Positions 16,930 to 30,300 of a DNA stretch of 64,000 bases are shown here, one piece after another (within the stretch, counting starts at the first letter, position 1; every line of letters starts with the position of its first letter). Position numbers and translations under genes: made by a program. Under the pieces are notes generated by a model. It did no database searches. It had not been told where the DNA came from and was given only the letters and a program-made list of their open reading frames with translations. The DNA is from Candidatus Omnitrophota bacterium (GTDB lineage: Bacteria > Omnitrophota > Gorgyraeia > Zapsychrales > Zapsychraceae). The stretch lies in assembly GCA_050250375.1 (NCBI GenBank), contig JBFWOS010000003.1, positions 559,286 to 623,285 on the forward strand, given 5' to 3'.

Positions 16930-19536
16930 ATGAATCAATCATCCCCGACCCTTGAACAGACGGCCAGCGGTTCAGCCTCAGAAACACCGATGCTGAAACA
17001 ATACCACGCGCTAAAATCCAAACATCAACACTGCATTTTATTTTTCCGGCTCGGTGATTTCTACGAAATGTTTTATGATGATGCCAAGACCGCGTCCAAG
17101 GTCCTTGATCTTGTCCTCACATCCCGCGGAAAATCCCCGTCGCAGAAAGTCCCGATGTGCGGAATCCCGCACCACGCGGCCCAAAACTATATCGCCCGGC
17201 TTATTAAGGAAGGATACAAAGTCGCTATCTGCGACCAAATGGAAGATCCGGCCCTGGCCAAAGGTATCGTTAAGCGTGATGTAACACGGATCATCACCAA
17301 GGGAACTTACCTGGATGAAAATGATAACCAAACCCGGTATATCCTGGCGCTCAGCCTTGACCATAAAACTGCGGGCATTTCTTTTATTGATCCGGCCAGC
17401 GGAACCATTCAGACAAATCAATTCCCGAACGACCGAAAAATTCTAACCGAGATCATCGCCAATCTTCCGGTATTTGAATGTGTTTTCCCTGAATCATTGA
17501 CTGATCACATCCAACCCTGGTTTGAACAGCCGGTTTTAAAATCTAAAAATATCGTCTTAAGTCCTTTTGATGACTGGTGTTTTAACCCGGATATGACCCG
17601 AAAATCCCTGCTCGATCATTTCCACGTGCACAATCTCGTCGGTTTCGGGATCGAAGAACGGTTGTCGTCTGTATCCAGCTGCGGGGCTTTATTGGAATAC
17701 CTCAAACAGATGAACAAACAACCCGTCCGGCATATCGACAAAATAACATTATATACAAATGAAGACTTTGTTTTCATTTCGCCGGCCGCTCACCGCGGTC
17801 TGGAGTTTGACAACCTGATCAGGACCATTGATTTCACGCAGACCGCTTTGGGCAAACGTAAATTCAAGGACTGGTATTATCATCCGCTCAAATCAAAAGA
17901 ACAGATTGAAGAACGCCAGCAGGCCGTGGCCTTATTGCTGAAGAACCAAACCGTCCGGCACGAATTGGACCCATTGTTAAACAAGATCCCGGACCTTGAA
18001 AAAAATATATCCCGGCTCAGCTGCGGATACACCCACCCGCGGGACCTGATGGCCATCCGCAACACACTGGCCTTATTGCCGCAGCTAAAGACAATCGTCG
18101 AACCGCTGTCCCGGGAAAACATTTATTTCCGCATGGATGATATTAAGGAATTAAGGGAACTTCTCGTCAACGCCGTCAAAGAACAAATCCCGTTGACCAA
18201 TTATGAAGGGCAGGTTTTTAACAAAGGTTATCACTCGGAACTGGATGAATTGCGCGGCCTGCAGGAAAACGGACGTGCCTGGCTTAAAAAATACCAGGAA
18301 ACGGAAATCCGGCGCTCGGGCATTAATTCCCTCAAAATCGGGTTTAATAAAGTCTTTGGTTATTATCTCGAGGTCACCAAGACCAATGTTAAAAATGTCC
18401 CTCAGGATTTTATCCGCAAGCAGACGCTGGCCAACGCCGAGCGTTATATCACCCCGGAATTAAAAGAGTATGAAGAAAAGATCCTGACGGCTCAGGATAA
18501 AATCGCCAGAATCGAACAGACGCTGATTACAGAGTTGCAGCAAAAAATCCTGGAACAGTCCCTGGCCCTGCATCAATTTTGCCAAAGCATCGCGCACATT
18601 GACTGTATTTTTTCCATGGCGCTGCTGGCCGAATCACCGAATTATATTCTCCCGGAGATTTCACACGATGCGGTGATCCGGATCACCGACGGCCGGCATC
18701 CGGTAGTTGAAAATACGACGGCTGAAACTTTTATCGCCAATGACACTCTGCTCGACAGCGATGACAATCAGCTGATTATCCTGACCGGGCCGAACATGGC
18801 AGGAAAATCCACATATATCCGCCAGACCGCACTCTTGGTGATTATGGCCCAGGCCGGCAGTTATATCCCGGCGCGGAATGCCCATATCGGAATCGTTGAC
18901 AAAATCTTTACCCGGATCGGCGCCCACGATGATATCAGCAAAGGCCAATCCACGTTTATGGTGGAAATGAACGAAACTGCCGACATCCTCAACAACATGA
19001 CGGACAAAAGCCTTGTCATCCTGGATGAGATCGGCCGCGGGACATCAACCTATGACGGGCTCTCGCTTGCCTGGGCGCTGGCCGAACACCTGCGGACCAC
19101 CAGCACCCGGACATTATTCGCCACGCATTTTCATGAACTGACCGCGCTCGCCGACGAATACTCTTGTGTAAAAAACTATAATGTCGCTGTCAAAGAATGG
19201 AAAGACGAAATCATCTTCCTGCACAAAATCGTCCCCGGCAGCAGTGATGACAGTTACGGGATATATGTCGCCAAGCTGGCCGGTATCCCGGAAAAAATCA
19301 TCACTCACGCCCGTCAGATTCTAACCCAGCTCGAATTGAATAAAGACCTGAAAGAAGATCTGAAAAGAAATTTCCGGCAAGAAAACCAGCTGAACCTGTT
19401 CTCCTCCGTCAAGGATCCCGCGATGGAAGACATCAAAACCACGCTTCAGCAAATTGATATCAACCGTTTGACCCCGGTCGAGGCGCTGAACCGCCTGGCT
19501 GAACTCAAACAAAAATTGGAAGAACGTCATGAATAA
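16930..19536 (+). CDS. mutS: DNA mismatch repair protein MutS
   Basis: TPMLKQY, FRLGDFYEMF, TGPNMAGKST, STFMVEM, DEIGRGTST, ATHFHEL, SYGIYVA. Confidence 0.98.
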   Translation: MNQSSPTLEQTASGSASETPMLKQYHALKSKHQHCILFFRLGDFYEMFYDDAKTASKVLDLVLTSRGKSPSQKVPMCGIPHHAAQNYIARLIKEGYKVAICDQMEDPALAKGIVKRDVTRIITKGTYLDENDNQTRYILALSLDHKTAGISFIDPASGTIQTNQFPNDRKILTEIIANLPVFECVFPESLTDHIQPWFEQPVLKSKNIVLSPFDDWCFNPDMTRKSLLDHFHVHNLVGFGIEERLSSVSSCGALLEYLKQMNKQPVRHIDKITLYTNEDFVFISPAAHRGLEFDNLIRTIDFTQTALGKRKFKDWYYHPLKSKEQIEERQQAVALLLKNQTVRHELDPLLNKIPDLEKNISRLSCGYTHPRDLMAIRNTLALLPQLKTIVEPLSRENIYFRMDDIKELRELLVNAVKEQIPLTNYEGQVFNKGYHSELDELRGLQENGRAWLKKYQETEIRRSGINSLKIGFNKVFGYYLEVTKTNVKNVPQDFIRKQTLANAERYITPELKEYEEKILTAQDKIARIEQTLITELQQKILEQSLALHQFCQSIAHIDCIFSMALLAESPNYILPEISHDAVIRITDGRHPVVENTTAETFIANDTLLDSDDNQLIILTGPNMAGKSTYIRQTALLVIMAQAGSYIPARNAHIGIVDKIFTRIGAHDDISKGQSTFMVEMNETADILNNMTDKSLVILDEIGRGTSTYDGLSLAWALAEHLRTTSTRTLFATHFHELTALADEYSCVKNYNVAVKEWKDEIIFLHKIVPGSSDDSYGIYVAKLAGIPEKIITHARQILTQLELNKDLKEDLKRNFRQENQLNLFSSVKDPAMEDIKTTLQQIDINRLTPVEALNRLAELKQKLEERHE

Positions 19537-21310
19537 AGTCCGCGTACTGCCGGAAGAAATTATTGCCAAGATCGCCGCCGGGGAAGTGATTGACCGGCCC
19601 GCGTCCGTGATCAAGGAACTGATGGAAAATTCCATCGACTCAGGGGCGGACAGAATCGAACTGCAGGTCAAAGATGCCGGAAAATCCGCCATATTTATCA
19701 AGGATAACGGCTGCGGTATCAGCCATGAAGATCTGGAAACGATCTTTCACCGGCACGCGACCAGCAAAATCAAGACGCTCGATGACCTGTTTAATATCCA
19801 TTCTCTTGGTTTCCGCGGTGAGGCCTTGTACAGCATCGCGGCTGTCTCAGATATTATCCTGCAGAGCAAGACTGCCGACCAGCCGGAAGGCTGGCAGATC
19901 CACACGCGCGGCGGACAGAAACAAGCCCTCAAGCCCTGTGCCTTTAACGACCACGGCACGCATATTGAAATCAAAGAATTGTTCTTTAATACACCGGCCC
20001 GGAAGAAATTCCTGAAGACCGATGCAGGTGAGTTTCATCAAATCCTGGGCACGTTTATCCCATACACGCTTCTGCATCCGCAGATCCGTTTTAAACTGAC
20101 CCATCAGAACCGTGACGTCATCGATCTGGCGGCGATCAGCGACCTGAAGAGCCGTGTCGCCCATGTCCTGAACCTGAAAGAAGAACATCTGCTGGATTTG
20201 ACCGAAACATTTCCTGAACAAAATCTTGAGATGCGACTGATCCTGGGTGATATCAATATCAAACGATCCCGGCGTGACCTGCAATATGTCTTTGTGAACG
20301 GCCGGCCGGTGTTTAACAAAAATATCGCATATCATCTCAACCAGATCTACCGGCTCATCCTTCCTCCGGAGTCTTCGCCGTTTTTTATTCTCTATCTGAC
20401 ATTACCGGCGGCGGATATCGATGTGAATATCCACCCGACCAAACGGGAAGTGAAGATCAAAAATGAAAGGGAAATTTGTTCGCTCCTGCGCAAAATCGGC
20501 GAACAGGCTCTCATGTCGTCTTCCGGGATGAAACAGGTTTCCTTTCCGGCCAGACTGGCGACACCGGTTGAACAATCATTCCGGTTCACTGGCGGGCAGC
20601 CGGATGAAGGTTCAGGGCCACAGCCGCTATTTGAACCAAACACCGCAAATCCGTATGAAGCCGCAAATAAGGACTACGCTTACCCGCGGGCAAATGAACC
20701 GCGGGATTTCTATATCCCGTCCGGACGTTCATTAACAGAGGAAAATATCCAGAGCAAGCTTGAGGACGCGCGTTATATCGGGGCTTTCATGCTTAAATTC
20801 TTATTGTTTGAGTCGGGAAGAAACCTGCTGGTGGTGGATCAGCACGCGGCCGCAGAACGGATCACCTACGAAAAACTCATCCGCCATATGGAAAAAGGCG
20901 ATGTCGAAATACAGCCTCTGTTGAGTCCGGTCCTGGTGAGCGTCACTCCCCAGGAACTGGTTGTTTATGAAGAAATACAAGAGGAATTTAAAAAAGTAGG
21001 CCTGGAAAGTTCCCTTTTTGATCCGCAAACTATTGCCGTTCATACCCAGCCTTTGCTTTTAAGGGACGTAGAACAAACCGTGCGTTACCTTTTGGCCGGC
21101 GACAAGATCACCAACCGTGACCACGACCAAATCGCCCGCCGGGCCTGCCGCTCATCCATTATGTCCGGTGACAAACTCAAACCCGACCAGGCCGAATTCC
21201 TGCGTGAAGAACTCCTGCAATGCCTTGATCCATTTACCTGTCCGCATGGACGACCGACCGTCATTGAATTGACTGAATCATTTTTTGATCAGCAATTCTT
21301 AAGAACATAA
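19529..21310 (+). CDS. mutL: DNA mismatch repair endonuclease MutL
   Basis: IAAGEVIDRPASVIKELMENSID, LGFRGEAL, DVNIHPTK, DQHAAAER, ACR, CPHGRP. Confidence 0.98.
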   Translation: MNKVRVLPEEIIAKIAAGEVIDRPASVIKELMENSIDSGADRIELQVKDAGKSAIFIKDNGCGISHEDLETIFHRHATSKIKTLDDLFNIHSLGFRGEALYSIAAVSDIILQSKTADQPEGWQIHTRGGQKQALKPCAFNDHGTHIEIKELFFNTPARKKFLKTDAGEFHQILGTFIPYTLLHPQIRFKLTHQNRDVIDLAAISDLKSRVAHVLNLKEEHLLDLTETFPEQNLEMRLILGDINIKRSRRDLQYVFVNGRPVFNKNIAYHLNQIYRLILPPESSPFFILYLTLPAADIDVNIHPTKREVKIKNEREICSLLRKIGEQALMSSSGMKQVSFPARLATPVEQSFRFTGGQPDEGSGPQPLFEPNTANPYEAANKDYAYPRANEPRDFYIPSGRSLTEENIQSKLEDARYIGAFMLKFLLFESGRNLLVVDQHAAAERITYEKLIRHMEKGDVEIQPLLSPVLVSVTPQELVVYEEIQEEFKKVGLESSLFDPQTIAVHTQPLLLRDVEQTVRYLLAGDKITNRDHDQIARRACRSSIMSGDKLKPDQAEFLREELLQCLDPFTCPHGRPTVIELTESFFDQQFLRT

Positions 21311-21361
21311 ATGCTGCATTGATTAACGGGTGTCATCTCAAAATTCCAAGAATTTTCCATT

Positions 21362-24300
21362 CTAACGCCAGACGATTCTCAACTCACCGGCCGGAAAATT
21401 AAAAACAAGGACAGGTTCTCCGTTTTCATCAATAACAATCTCACTCTGCCCCAGGTGAATCCAGTCGAAAAACAAATTAGGGATGCGCATGAATCTGCGG
21501 TCATTTTCATCGAGATAACTTTCCTGATAAATCCGTTCTTCTTCCACCCAAACACCCGCTGGAATAAACCAGGCCGGCACTGGAGTGACCGGCTGCGGAA
21601 TAATAAAATGGTCCAACACCCGCAATTGTTCCATCAAAAGTTCTTCGTGACCGATAATGTTTAACGGAATGTTAATAGATTTCTCGATCGGGATGATTTT
21701 AAAATCGATATAAAGACGGCCCGGAACTTCTTCAACCGGTTCCGGCGGCAAATACTGGGCCAGGAATCTCAGACGTTCAAGGACAAATGGATAATCCGGC
21801 AGGCCGGTCAGAGGAACGTCAACAAATTTTTCGATCGGCGGCATCGTTTTATCAATCTTGACCACATCCGGATATCTTCTCAATGGTTCGGGTGGTAAAT
21901 ACTGTGCTAGCATCCGCATCCGATCTCTAATAAAATCGTAATCCGGTAATCCAATGAGCGGAATATCAACGGATTTTTCAATCAGTTCGACTTCTGCATC
22001 TATCTTAACCGGCAAAAGCATGGCATCCTCTTTACTTAAGACAACCCGATAAATTTCGTCCCCCAAGTGATCGGCCTTAAATTTTTTCCATTCCTGACGC
22101 TGGTCACGTCTAAACCGTTCCCGGATCTGCTGTATGTAACGGACATCCTGCTCTTTGATCTTTTGGGTATAGAACTCCCTCCACGCCGCGGTATTTTTAG
22201 ATGACGTATCATAAAGTTCAGGCAGACCCCGGGTCAAATACAATTCACGAGCCAGTTGCGCCTGTTCATCCTGTCCGTTTGTTCCATCTCCTAGATTTGA
22301 AGACGCTATAAAGACGGCACTGCGTCCAACCTGTTTTTTCGTCAAATCGCCGGGTTTACGTTCAAGATCGCTCAATGGAACATCCACTGATTTTTCAATC
22401 ACGTCCATGCTCTTGTCAATCCTGATGACATCCGGATATCTTCCAACGGGCTCCGGCGGTAAATACTGCGCCAACATTCTCATACGCTCCCGGATAAATT
22501 CATAATCCGGCAACGCGGTCAGCGGGATGTCAACCGATTTCTCAATAGGATCCATGCTCTTGTCAATCTTGACAACATCCGGGAATCTTCTCAATGGTTC
22601 CGGTGGGAAGAACTGTGCGAAAGCCTGCATTCGTTCTCTGATAAAATCATCAACCGGCAATCCGGTCAACGGGATATCAACAGTTTGTTCGATCCGTCCT
22701 ATCTCTTGATCAGCTCCGGTCTGATCAAACACAATCGCGTAGGCCGCATCCTCTATATGATCTTCTTTGAATTTCTGCCATTCGGGGCGAAGATCCCTCT
22801 TAAAACGTTCCCGTATTTGCCGGATAAACTGCATATCTCCTGACTTAATTTTTTCACTGTAATAATCCCGCCAGACCGCCATCTGCTTCGGCGTGGTTTT
22901 ATACATCTCGGGAAGCCCCCGCGTTAAATATAACTCACGAGCCAATTGTGCCTGACCCTCCGTTCCTTCGGAGTTGTCTCCCATCATGGACGAAGCCAAA
23001 AAGACCGCACTGCGCACGACCGGCCTCATCAATAAAGCACCCGGCTTACGTTCAATGTCACTTAAAAGAACATCGACTGACTTTTCGATCGGTTCAAGTA
23101 TTTTGTCGATCCTTATGACATCCGGATATCTTCCAACGGGCTCCGGCGGTAAATACTGCGCCAACATTCTCATACGCTCCCGGATAAATTCATAATCCGG
23201 CAACGCGGTCAGCGGGATGTCGAGCGACTTCTCGATCGGTTTCATGGTCTTGTCAATCCTAATCACATCCGGATATCTTCCCATGGGCTCCGGCGGTAAA
23301 TACTGAGCCAGCATTCTCATACGCTCCCGGACAAACTCATAATCCGGCAGTCCCGTCAACGGGATGTCGATGGATTTCTCAATCTTGACCAGATCTGTGT
23401 TGATCGACCCGGGATTAAATACAATTTCAAAAAATTTTTCGTTTAAATAGTCTTCTTTAAATTTCTGCCATTCCGGACGCAAATCCCGTTTAAAACGTTC
23501 ACGGATCTGCCGGATTATCTGGACGTCCCCGGCTTTAATCTTTTCGACATAATAATCCCGCCAGACCGCTGTCAGTTTCGGTGTACTTTCATATAACTCA
23601 GGAACACCCGTCGTCAAATACAGTTCGCGGGCCAACTGCGCCAGGTTTGATTGGCCAATGGTCTTGTCGCCGGCGCTGGATGAAGCAAAAAAGACCGCGC
23701 TGCGTACAACTGGCCTCTGCGCTAAATCTCCGGGCTTGCGTTCGATATCGCTTAATAAAACGTCAACGGATTTTTCGATCCGCTCCAGGCTCTTGTCAAC
23801 TTGAACCAGGTCCGGATATCGGCTGACTGGTTCCGGCGGCAAATATTGGGCCAGCATCCTCATACGCTCCAGGATAAATTCATAATCCGGCAGGGCTGTC
23901 AGCGGGATGTCGAGCGACTTCTCGATCGGTTTCATGGTCTTGTCAATCCTAATCACATCCGGATATCTTCCCATGGGCTCTGGCGGTAAATACTGAGCCA
24001 GCATTCTCATACGCTCCTGGACAAACTCATAATCCGGCAGGGCTGTCAGCGGGACGTCGATGAATTTTTCAATCCTGACTGTATCTTGAATGGCCTTCTC
24101 TTTATCAAAGACAGCCGCGTAACGCTCATCGTTCAAGCGGTCCTCTCCAAATTTCTTCCATTCAGGACGCGTGTCCCTTTTCAACCGTTCCCGCAATTGC
24201 CGGATAAACTCACGATCACCCGTCTTGACTCTTTCATCATAAAACTCACGCCACACTGCCTTTTGTTCCGGCATACTATCAAACATCTCCGGAATTCCCG

Positions 24301-27300
24301 AGGTTAAATAAAGTTCACTCGCCAAAATGGCCGGATGATCCGGCCCTTCGGACTTGTCCCCGACAATCGCTGATGTCAGAAGCAACGATCCGTGCGTGAC
24401 CGGCCTCCTCGAAGAATCACCCGGTTTGCGTTCAATGTCACTTAACGGGACTTGAATTGTCTTTTCAATCGGATATAAATTAATCTTGATGTACGGACGC
24501 TGCGGAACTTGTTGAACAGGTCCCGGAGGAAAATACCGGGCAAGCATCTTCATCCGCTTAACCACAAATTCGTAATCCGGCAACGCCGTCAACGGGATTC
24601 TAACAGGCGGTTTCACCGTTTCCATAACCCTTTCAATCCTGACGGGTGACGGCACCCTCGTAACCGGTTCGGGAGGCAGATATTGCGCCAGCAATCTTAA
24701 CCGGTCGAGGACAAACGCATTATCCGGAATGGCCGTCAGCGGGATCTCGATGTAATCTCTCGGCCGGATTACGACCGGGTCAATCCGCGGCATGGCTGGG
24801 ACGGAAAGGAATAATGGATCCGGGAGTTTCGTCGGTTTGTAATCTAAGGTGATCAGGGCAAACATCAAAGGAGGATGTATGATCGGTAGAATGCGGAACG
24901 GTTCAGAATTTATAATATTTACCCTGAATCGCAGAGGATCGCGCAGATACAAAATATTCGGAATTACTTTAAACATCTTTTGTCCATTCGAAACTATAAC
25001 GCCAAACGGTCCCCATTTTCTAGAAAATAAAGGTTCTGCGACTTGGCTGTATAACGGTGTTCCTCTCCATATAGATATATCATTGTCACCTGTTTTTTGC
25101 CCTAAACTTTCGGGTTTTCCGAACCTCGGATAAAGAATTTCCTTCCATAACTTCAACTTGACCGGTTCGTTTGCATCCGCGGTTCTCAGGAAAAACTCCG
25201 TTGATTTTCCGGCAGGCAATGTGACCTGTAAGTACCCGCCTAAGTCCAGTCCGCAGCCTTCCGGGTTCACACAAAAATCCCGGAGGTAATAAATAATCGG
25301 CCACCGCGGGAAGAACGGTTCACGGTCATCAAAGTATTCTTCGTAAAAGACCTGGTAACGCAAATCCCATCGTCGGTCTGCGCCGAATTTTTCAAACGCC
25401 AGACGGCGTTCATCAACCCTCCTCGTACTGATCCCGGCGATAAGCGTGTTATCCGTTTTGGCCAACATCGAAGAATCATCAGACGTACTTGCTTCTTTCA
25501 AGTCCTCAAAGACAACCCCATAATCCTTGTTCTCTTTCCGGTCTTCTTTAAACTGCTGCCATTCCGGACGCTGGTCTCGGATAAACCGTTCCCTGAGTTG
25601 CCGAATATATTCCTGGTCCTTGTTTTTTACCTTGCGGTCATAAAACTCCCGCCACGCCGCAATTTGATCAGGGCTGGTTTCATATTTTTCCGGGACACCT
25701 TTGGTCAGATCCAGTTCCTTCGCCAACAAGGCCTGGTCTCCTTCACCCTCGGCTCTGTCGCCTGTATTGGTTGAAGCAAAAAAGACAGCGCTTTGTTGAT
25801 TTTCTCCTTTGTAAATTCTTTCTGATTCAATAACCGCGTGAATGACAACCTTCTGGTAGTCACTCATCGCTTTTTTACTCAGGAGAATGTTATTTATATT
25901 CGCCCATAACGATTTAACAAGTTTATTCATGTATTCGACTAATAAATCCAGCAACGATTCAATAAACTCTGCCCCCTTGAAAAGGATATTCAAAGCACTT
26001 TCCTGATGATGACTTTGCTTCAAATCCGGTATCGTCAAAGGAACATCAATGGATTTTCCAATGATAAATTTATCTTCAGCCATCATCAGCGGACCGATAA
26101 TATCATCGACCGTTAACTCAGGAAGAGTCAGTCCCGTAAGCAAGAAATGTTCCGTCTGAACCGGTTGCAAATTAACATAAACGGAGTCGGCTAACCGTCG
26201 GGTAGCAGGCATCTTGAATGACTGCAGCTTGATACCGGCTAATTCAAAGACGATTTTATATTCCGGATGGTTGACCCGGTCAGACCTGAAGTGCTGCCAC
26301 TCTGGTCTAAGATCCGTTTCGAAACGCCGGGCAATCTGCCGTACATATTCGGCATCATTTGATTTTACTTTTTGATCGTAAAAATTCCTCCAAGCCGCTA
26401 TTTGTTCTTCACTGCTTTCAAACAATTCCGGTACACCTTTGGTCAGATCCAATTCTTTAGCCAACTGGGCCTTATCATCATTACCGGACGTACTGTCTCC
26501 TGTATTGGTCGATGCGAAGAAAACGGCGCTTTGGCGGACTGGACGTTCTTTCCGTTCCCGTATTTCTTCCACGGCTCTTGTGACAATTTCCTGACGGTGA
26601 ATCATCGCTTCTTTATTCAAAAGGACGTCTTTGATCTTGGCCCACATAGAATCAAAAAGTTCATTCAGATAATCAACCAGAATATCCAGCAATGATTCGA
26701 ACTGGGTCAACGCCTCAAAGGAAATATAAACTGCAAACTTCTGGGAATGAGTATCATCCAGATCTGGTATAACCAACGGGATGTCGATGCTCTTTCCAAT
26801 CATCAGTGTTTCCGGGATAACAAACTGACGATCCAGAAGTTCATCAACAGATAATCGAGGAATGCTTAACGGTTCATTCCATGGTGTTTCCACCCAAATC
26901 TGATCAACACTATCCGATATCGGTTGAACGACATATACATCGACAACAAATGATGAACGGAAAGTTGCTGAACCCGTTTCGATTCCAGGTCCGGATATTA
27001 TACGTCCGAACACGGATTTGTATTCCGGTTGGTTCATACGGTCTTTTCTGAACGATTGCCACTCTTCACGCTGGTCAGTTTCAAATCGTCGGGCGATTTG
27101 TTCAATGTACTTCAGATCGCCGGATTTAACCTTTTGATCATAGAAGTTTCTCCATGGGGCGCTCTTTTCAGGTGTCGATTCATAAATTTCCGGAACTCCC
27201 CTGGTCAGGTCGAGTTCCTTGGCCAATAAGGCCTTATCATCCGCCCCGGCAACACTGTCGCCGGTATTGGTCGATGCAAAGAATACCGCGCTGTATGTTT

Positions 27301-30300
27301 CCAGGGCATTCTGATTTTCCTGAATGAATTCGAGAGATTTGTCTCTTGATACGACCGGAAGCGCGACCAGTTTTGGATAGGTGTTTTCAACCAAGCCCGG
27401 ATCAGCCGTTTCTCTAATTTTCAGGTACAAGGCGTCAAACAATCTGGTCAAATATTCAATCAATAAATCCAATAACGATGTGTCTTTCGTCCAATGCTCG
27501 GCAAGGACATATTCGGCGGCCCTTTGCGAATGAGTTTGGTCCATATCAGGAATGACCAGCGGTACATCAATGGATTTACCAATAGTCAGCGTTTCTTTGA
27601 CAACATCCAGCCCGCCTAGTATTTCTTCAACGCTGATGACCGGCAAGGCTAATGAAACATACGCGGCTTCGCTTCCGTTGTTTCCGGATTCAATCGCATA
27701 GGCTGATGAAACCAGACGTTCAGCCGTTTTGATTTTTCTTGTTTCCGGTTGTTCTGACATTAATCCGAAGACAACGGCCCAGGCTGGATTATCTTGACGG
27801 TCTTGTTTGAATGCCTGCCATTCCGGCCGCTGATCCAGTTCAAAACGCTGGGCGATCTGCTGGACGTACCGCATGTCTTTTTCGGCCACTTTCTTGTCAT
27901 AGAAGGTTCTCCAGGCGGCATCGGTGTCAGTCAGTTCAGGAACACCGCGGGTCAAGACAAGCTGTTTGGCCAAAAGCGCCTGGTCATCTTGACCGGCACT
28001 GCTGTCGCCGGTATTGGTGGCCGCGTAAAAGACAGCACCGACCGGGTTGGCGTTTACAATAGTGTCTTGTTTTACAGTTTGTTCTACCTGAACATCCACA
28101 ACAGCCAGGTCATGAACGGCCGGCAAAGTTACACCGGTTAACACAGTCTCTATCGCACCGCTTATTTCCGCGCTTCTCTTGCCTTCTTCTATTTTCTGAT
28201 CGGATACGATCCAAAGCTCACCGAATAACCTTCTTAAATAATTGATCAGAATATCCAGCAGTGAATTATCTTCAAATAATTTACCGATGTTGATCGTAAC
28301 GATTATTTCTTCTTCCTGGGCTGCATCAACAACCGGCAACATGAACGGCACCGCCAAGGCCTTTTGAATGAGGGTTATGCTCGGTGATTTGTCTTCCGGC
28401 GGCAGAATCATGGCTTTGGCGGAATCAGCCAGAATATTGAGGATGATCTGCCGGATATCCCGTTCAGCCAGCATTGATTCGTCCTCGCCTTCCGCTTTCT
28501 CAGCCGTCAGGTTATGCCCGAAAGCTTTCGCCTGCGACGGATCAATTAAGTGCGCGATCAATTCATGCGGAAGTCCGGTCATGACTTCTTCGCTGTTGTC
28601 AACCGGAACAAAATCCAACCCTTCAAGACTGATGCCCAGGGCAGTTAAACTTTCAAATTGTTCCCGGGTACCAACGGCCAGATGGGCGCCGGATTTGATC
28701 ACCGGACCGACCAGTTCATGTTGGAAAATTTTATCTTGATCGAATAAACTGAACCGGGTCGCGACCAGCTTGACTTCACCGAGCCTCAAGTTGTCTTGTT
28801 CCACATCCACGAACCCTGCCCCGAACGGATGGAACAGACCTTGATGGACAATCCCGCCATCGGAGAACTGCGCGTGGAACGGATCGGCGCTGGCTTCAAC
28901 CTGCTTATCATGGTATTCGGCCTTTTCATTGATCATACCGAGAACCTTGAGCATCTTGCGCTGGATAACGATGTTCTGCGCGTCTGTCCTTCTGAATTTC
29001 TGGATTTCTTTGGACGGACCGCCGACCAGGTGAAGACCGATCAACTCGTGAAGCATGGCTTCGGCGCGTCTTTCATCGGTATATTTTTCACCGGACATCT
29101 CTTCCGGATTTCGTCCGATATCTAACAAGAATCCGTCGTTCAGATCGGACGCGCGGGTGATAATGACATTGTTGTGGTCTTCATCCGCGAACCCGGCCGG
29201 GAAGGCGTTCTTCATCAGGTGTTCGAAAATAATCCTTTGGGTGGCGCTCATCCCCTTGAACACATCCAGATCACCGATGCCTCTGAAGTCAAGATCAAAC
29301 CCGTTTTCAATCAGGACATCATTAATGTCTGCGATGATAACGGCCGCGTCGGATTTAGATCCATCTAGAGTTTTTACGGCTTGACGAATTTTTTCTACAC
29401 GTCCGATAAAGGCTTTTTCTTTGGCGCTTAATGTCTGCGGTTTCGGACTGCTGTTAGCGGCAAATACCCGTTGGAACATCCTTTGATCTTTTCTTCCGCT
29501 GAAGTCGTCCCCAAAATGCGCCGCGATCCTGGTGATAATCTGATCATAAACCTGCCGGTCAAATAATTGACGTTGTTCATCCTTGAATTGATCCAGCATG
29601 CCTATTGTTTCCTGGGCGCCCAATTCAACCAGCGCCAGCACATCGATGGAAGGATTGTTCGGGTCAAGCGCCCGGGCCATCATGTCTCTTAAGTCTTCCA
29701 TCAATGCCCGGAAAGCTCCGGTCATTTGTTCCGGTTTAATCAGGACTTCATCCAATCTCTTCACGATGATTTGCGCAGAACGATGATAGGATGAATATTG
29801 CGGGTCAGCCGGATTGATTTCACTGATCTTCAAAGCCGCGCCTAATAATTTCTGCATGTACAGGTTCCATTTTTGGAAATATCCGACAAACTTGTTGTCG
29901 TTGGCCCGTTTGTCGTCCAGTTCCAGCGCCCGGTCAAATCCCTGTTTGGTCACCCGTCTTGTTATGACTGTCGGTTTTTTCTTGTTTCCATTTTCTACTT
30001 GATCACGGATTATTTCCTGTTTCGTGAAGTAAACGGATTTATGGGCCTTTTCTGTGCCTTTAAGATCGACCTCGACAATTTCCGGGGTGCCGTTTTCTTT
30101 AATTTCGTAAACAGCCCGGCTGATTCTAAGTTTGCTGGTAAACGGCTGTTTGACATCCAGTTCAAACTGACGTTTCGCGTCGGCCCGGATGACACGGTTG
30201 TCATGGATCGCAAGGTCGTGGCCGATCAGGCTGAAACGGTGCATCAAATCTTTATATTCTTTTTCGGTATTGTCGAAGTACGGAACTTCCAAACCTTTTT

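Noticed and set aside
21311-21361. Bidirectional terminator between mutL and the giant gene
   Set aside because: Only a weak AT-rich hairpin (AAAATTC-CAA-GAATTTT) is present.
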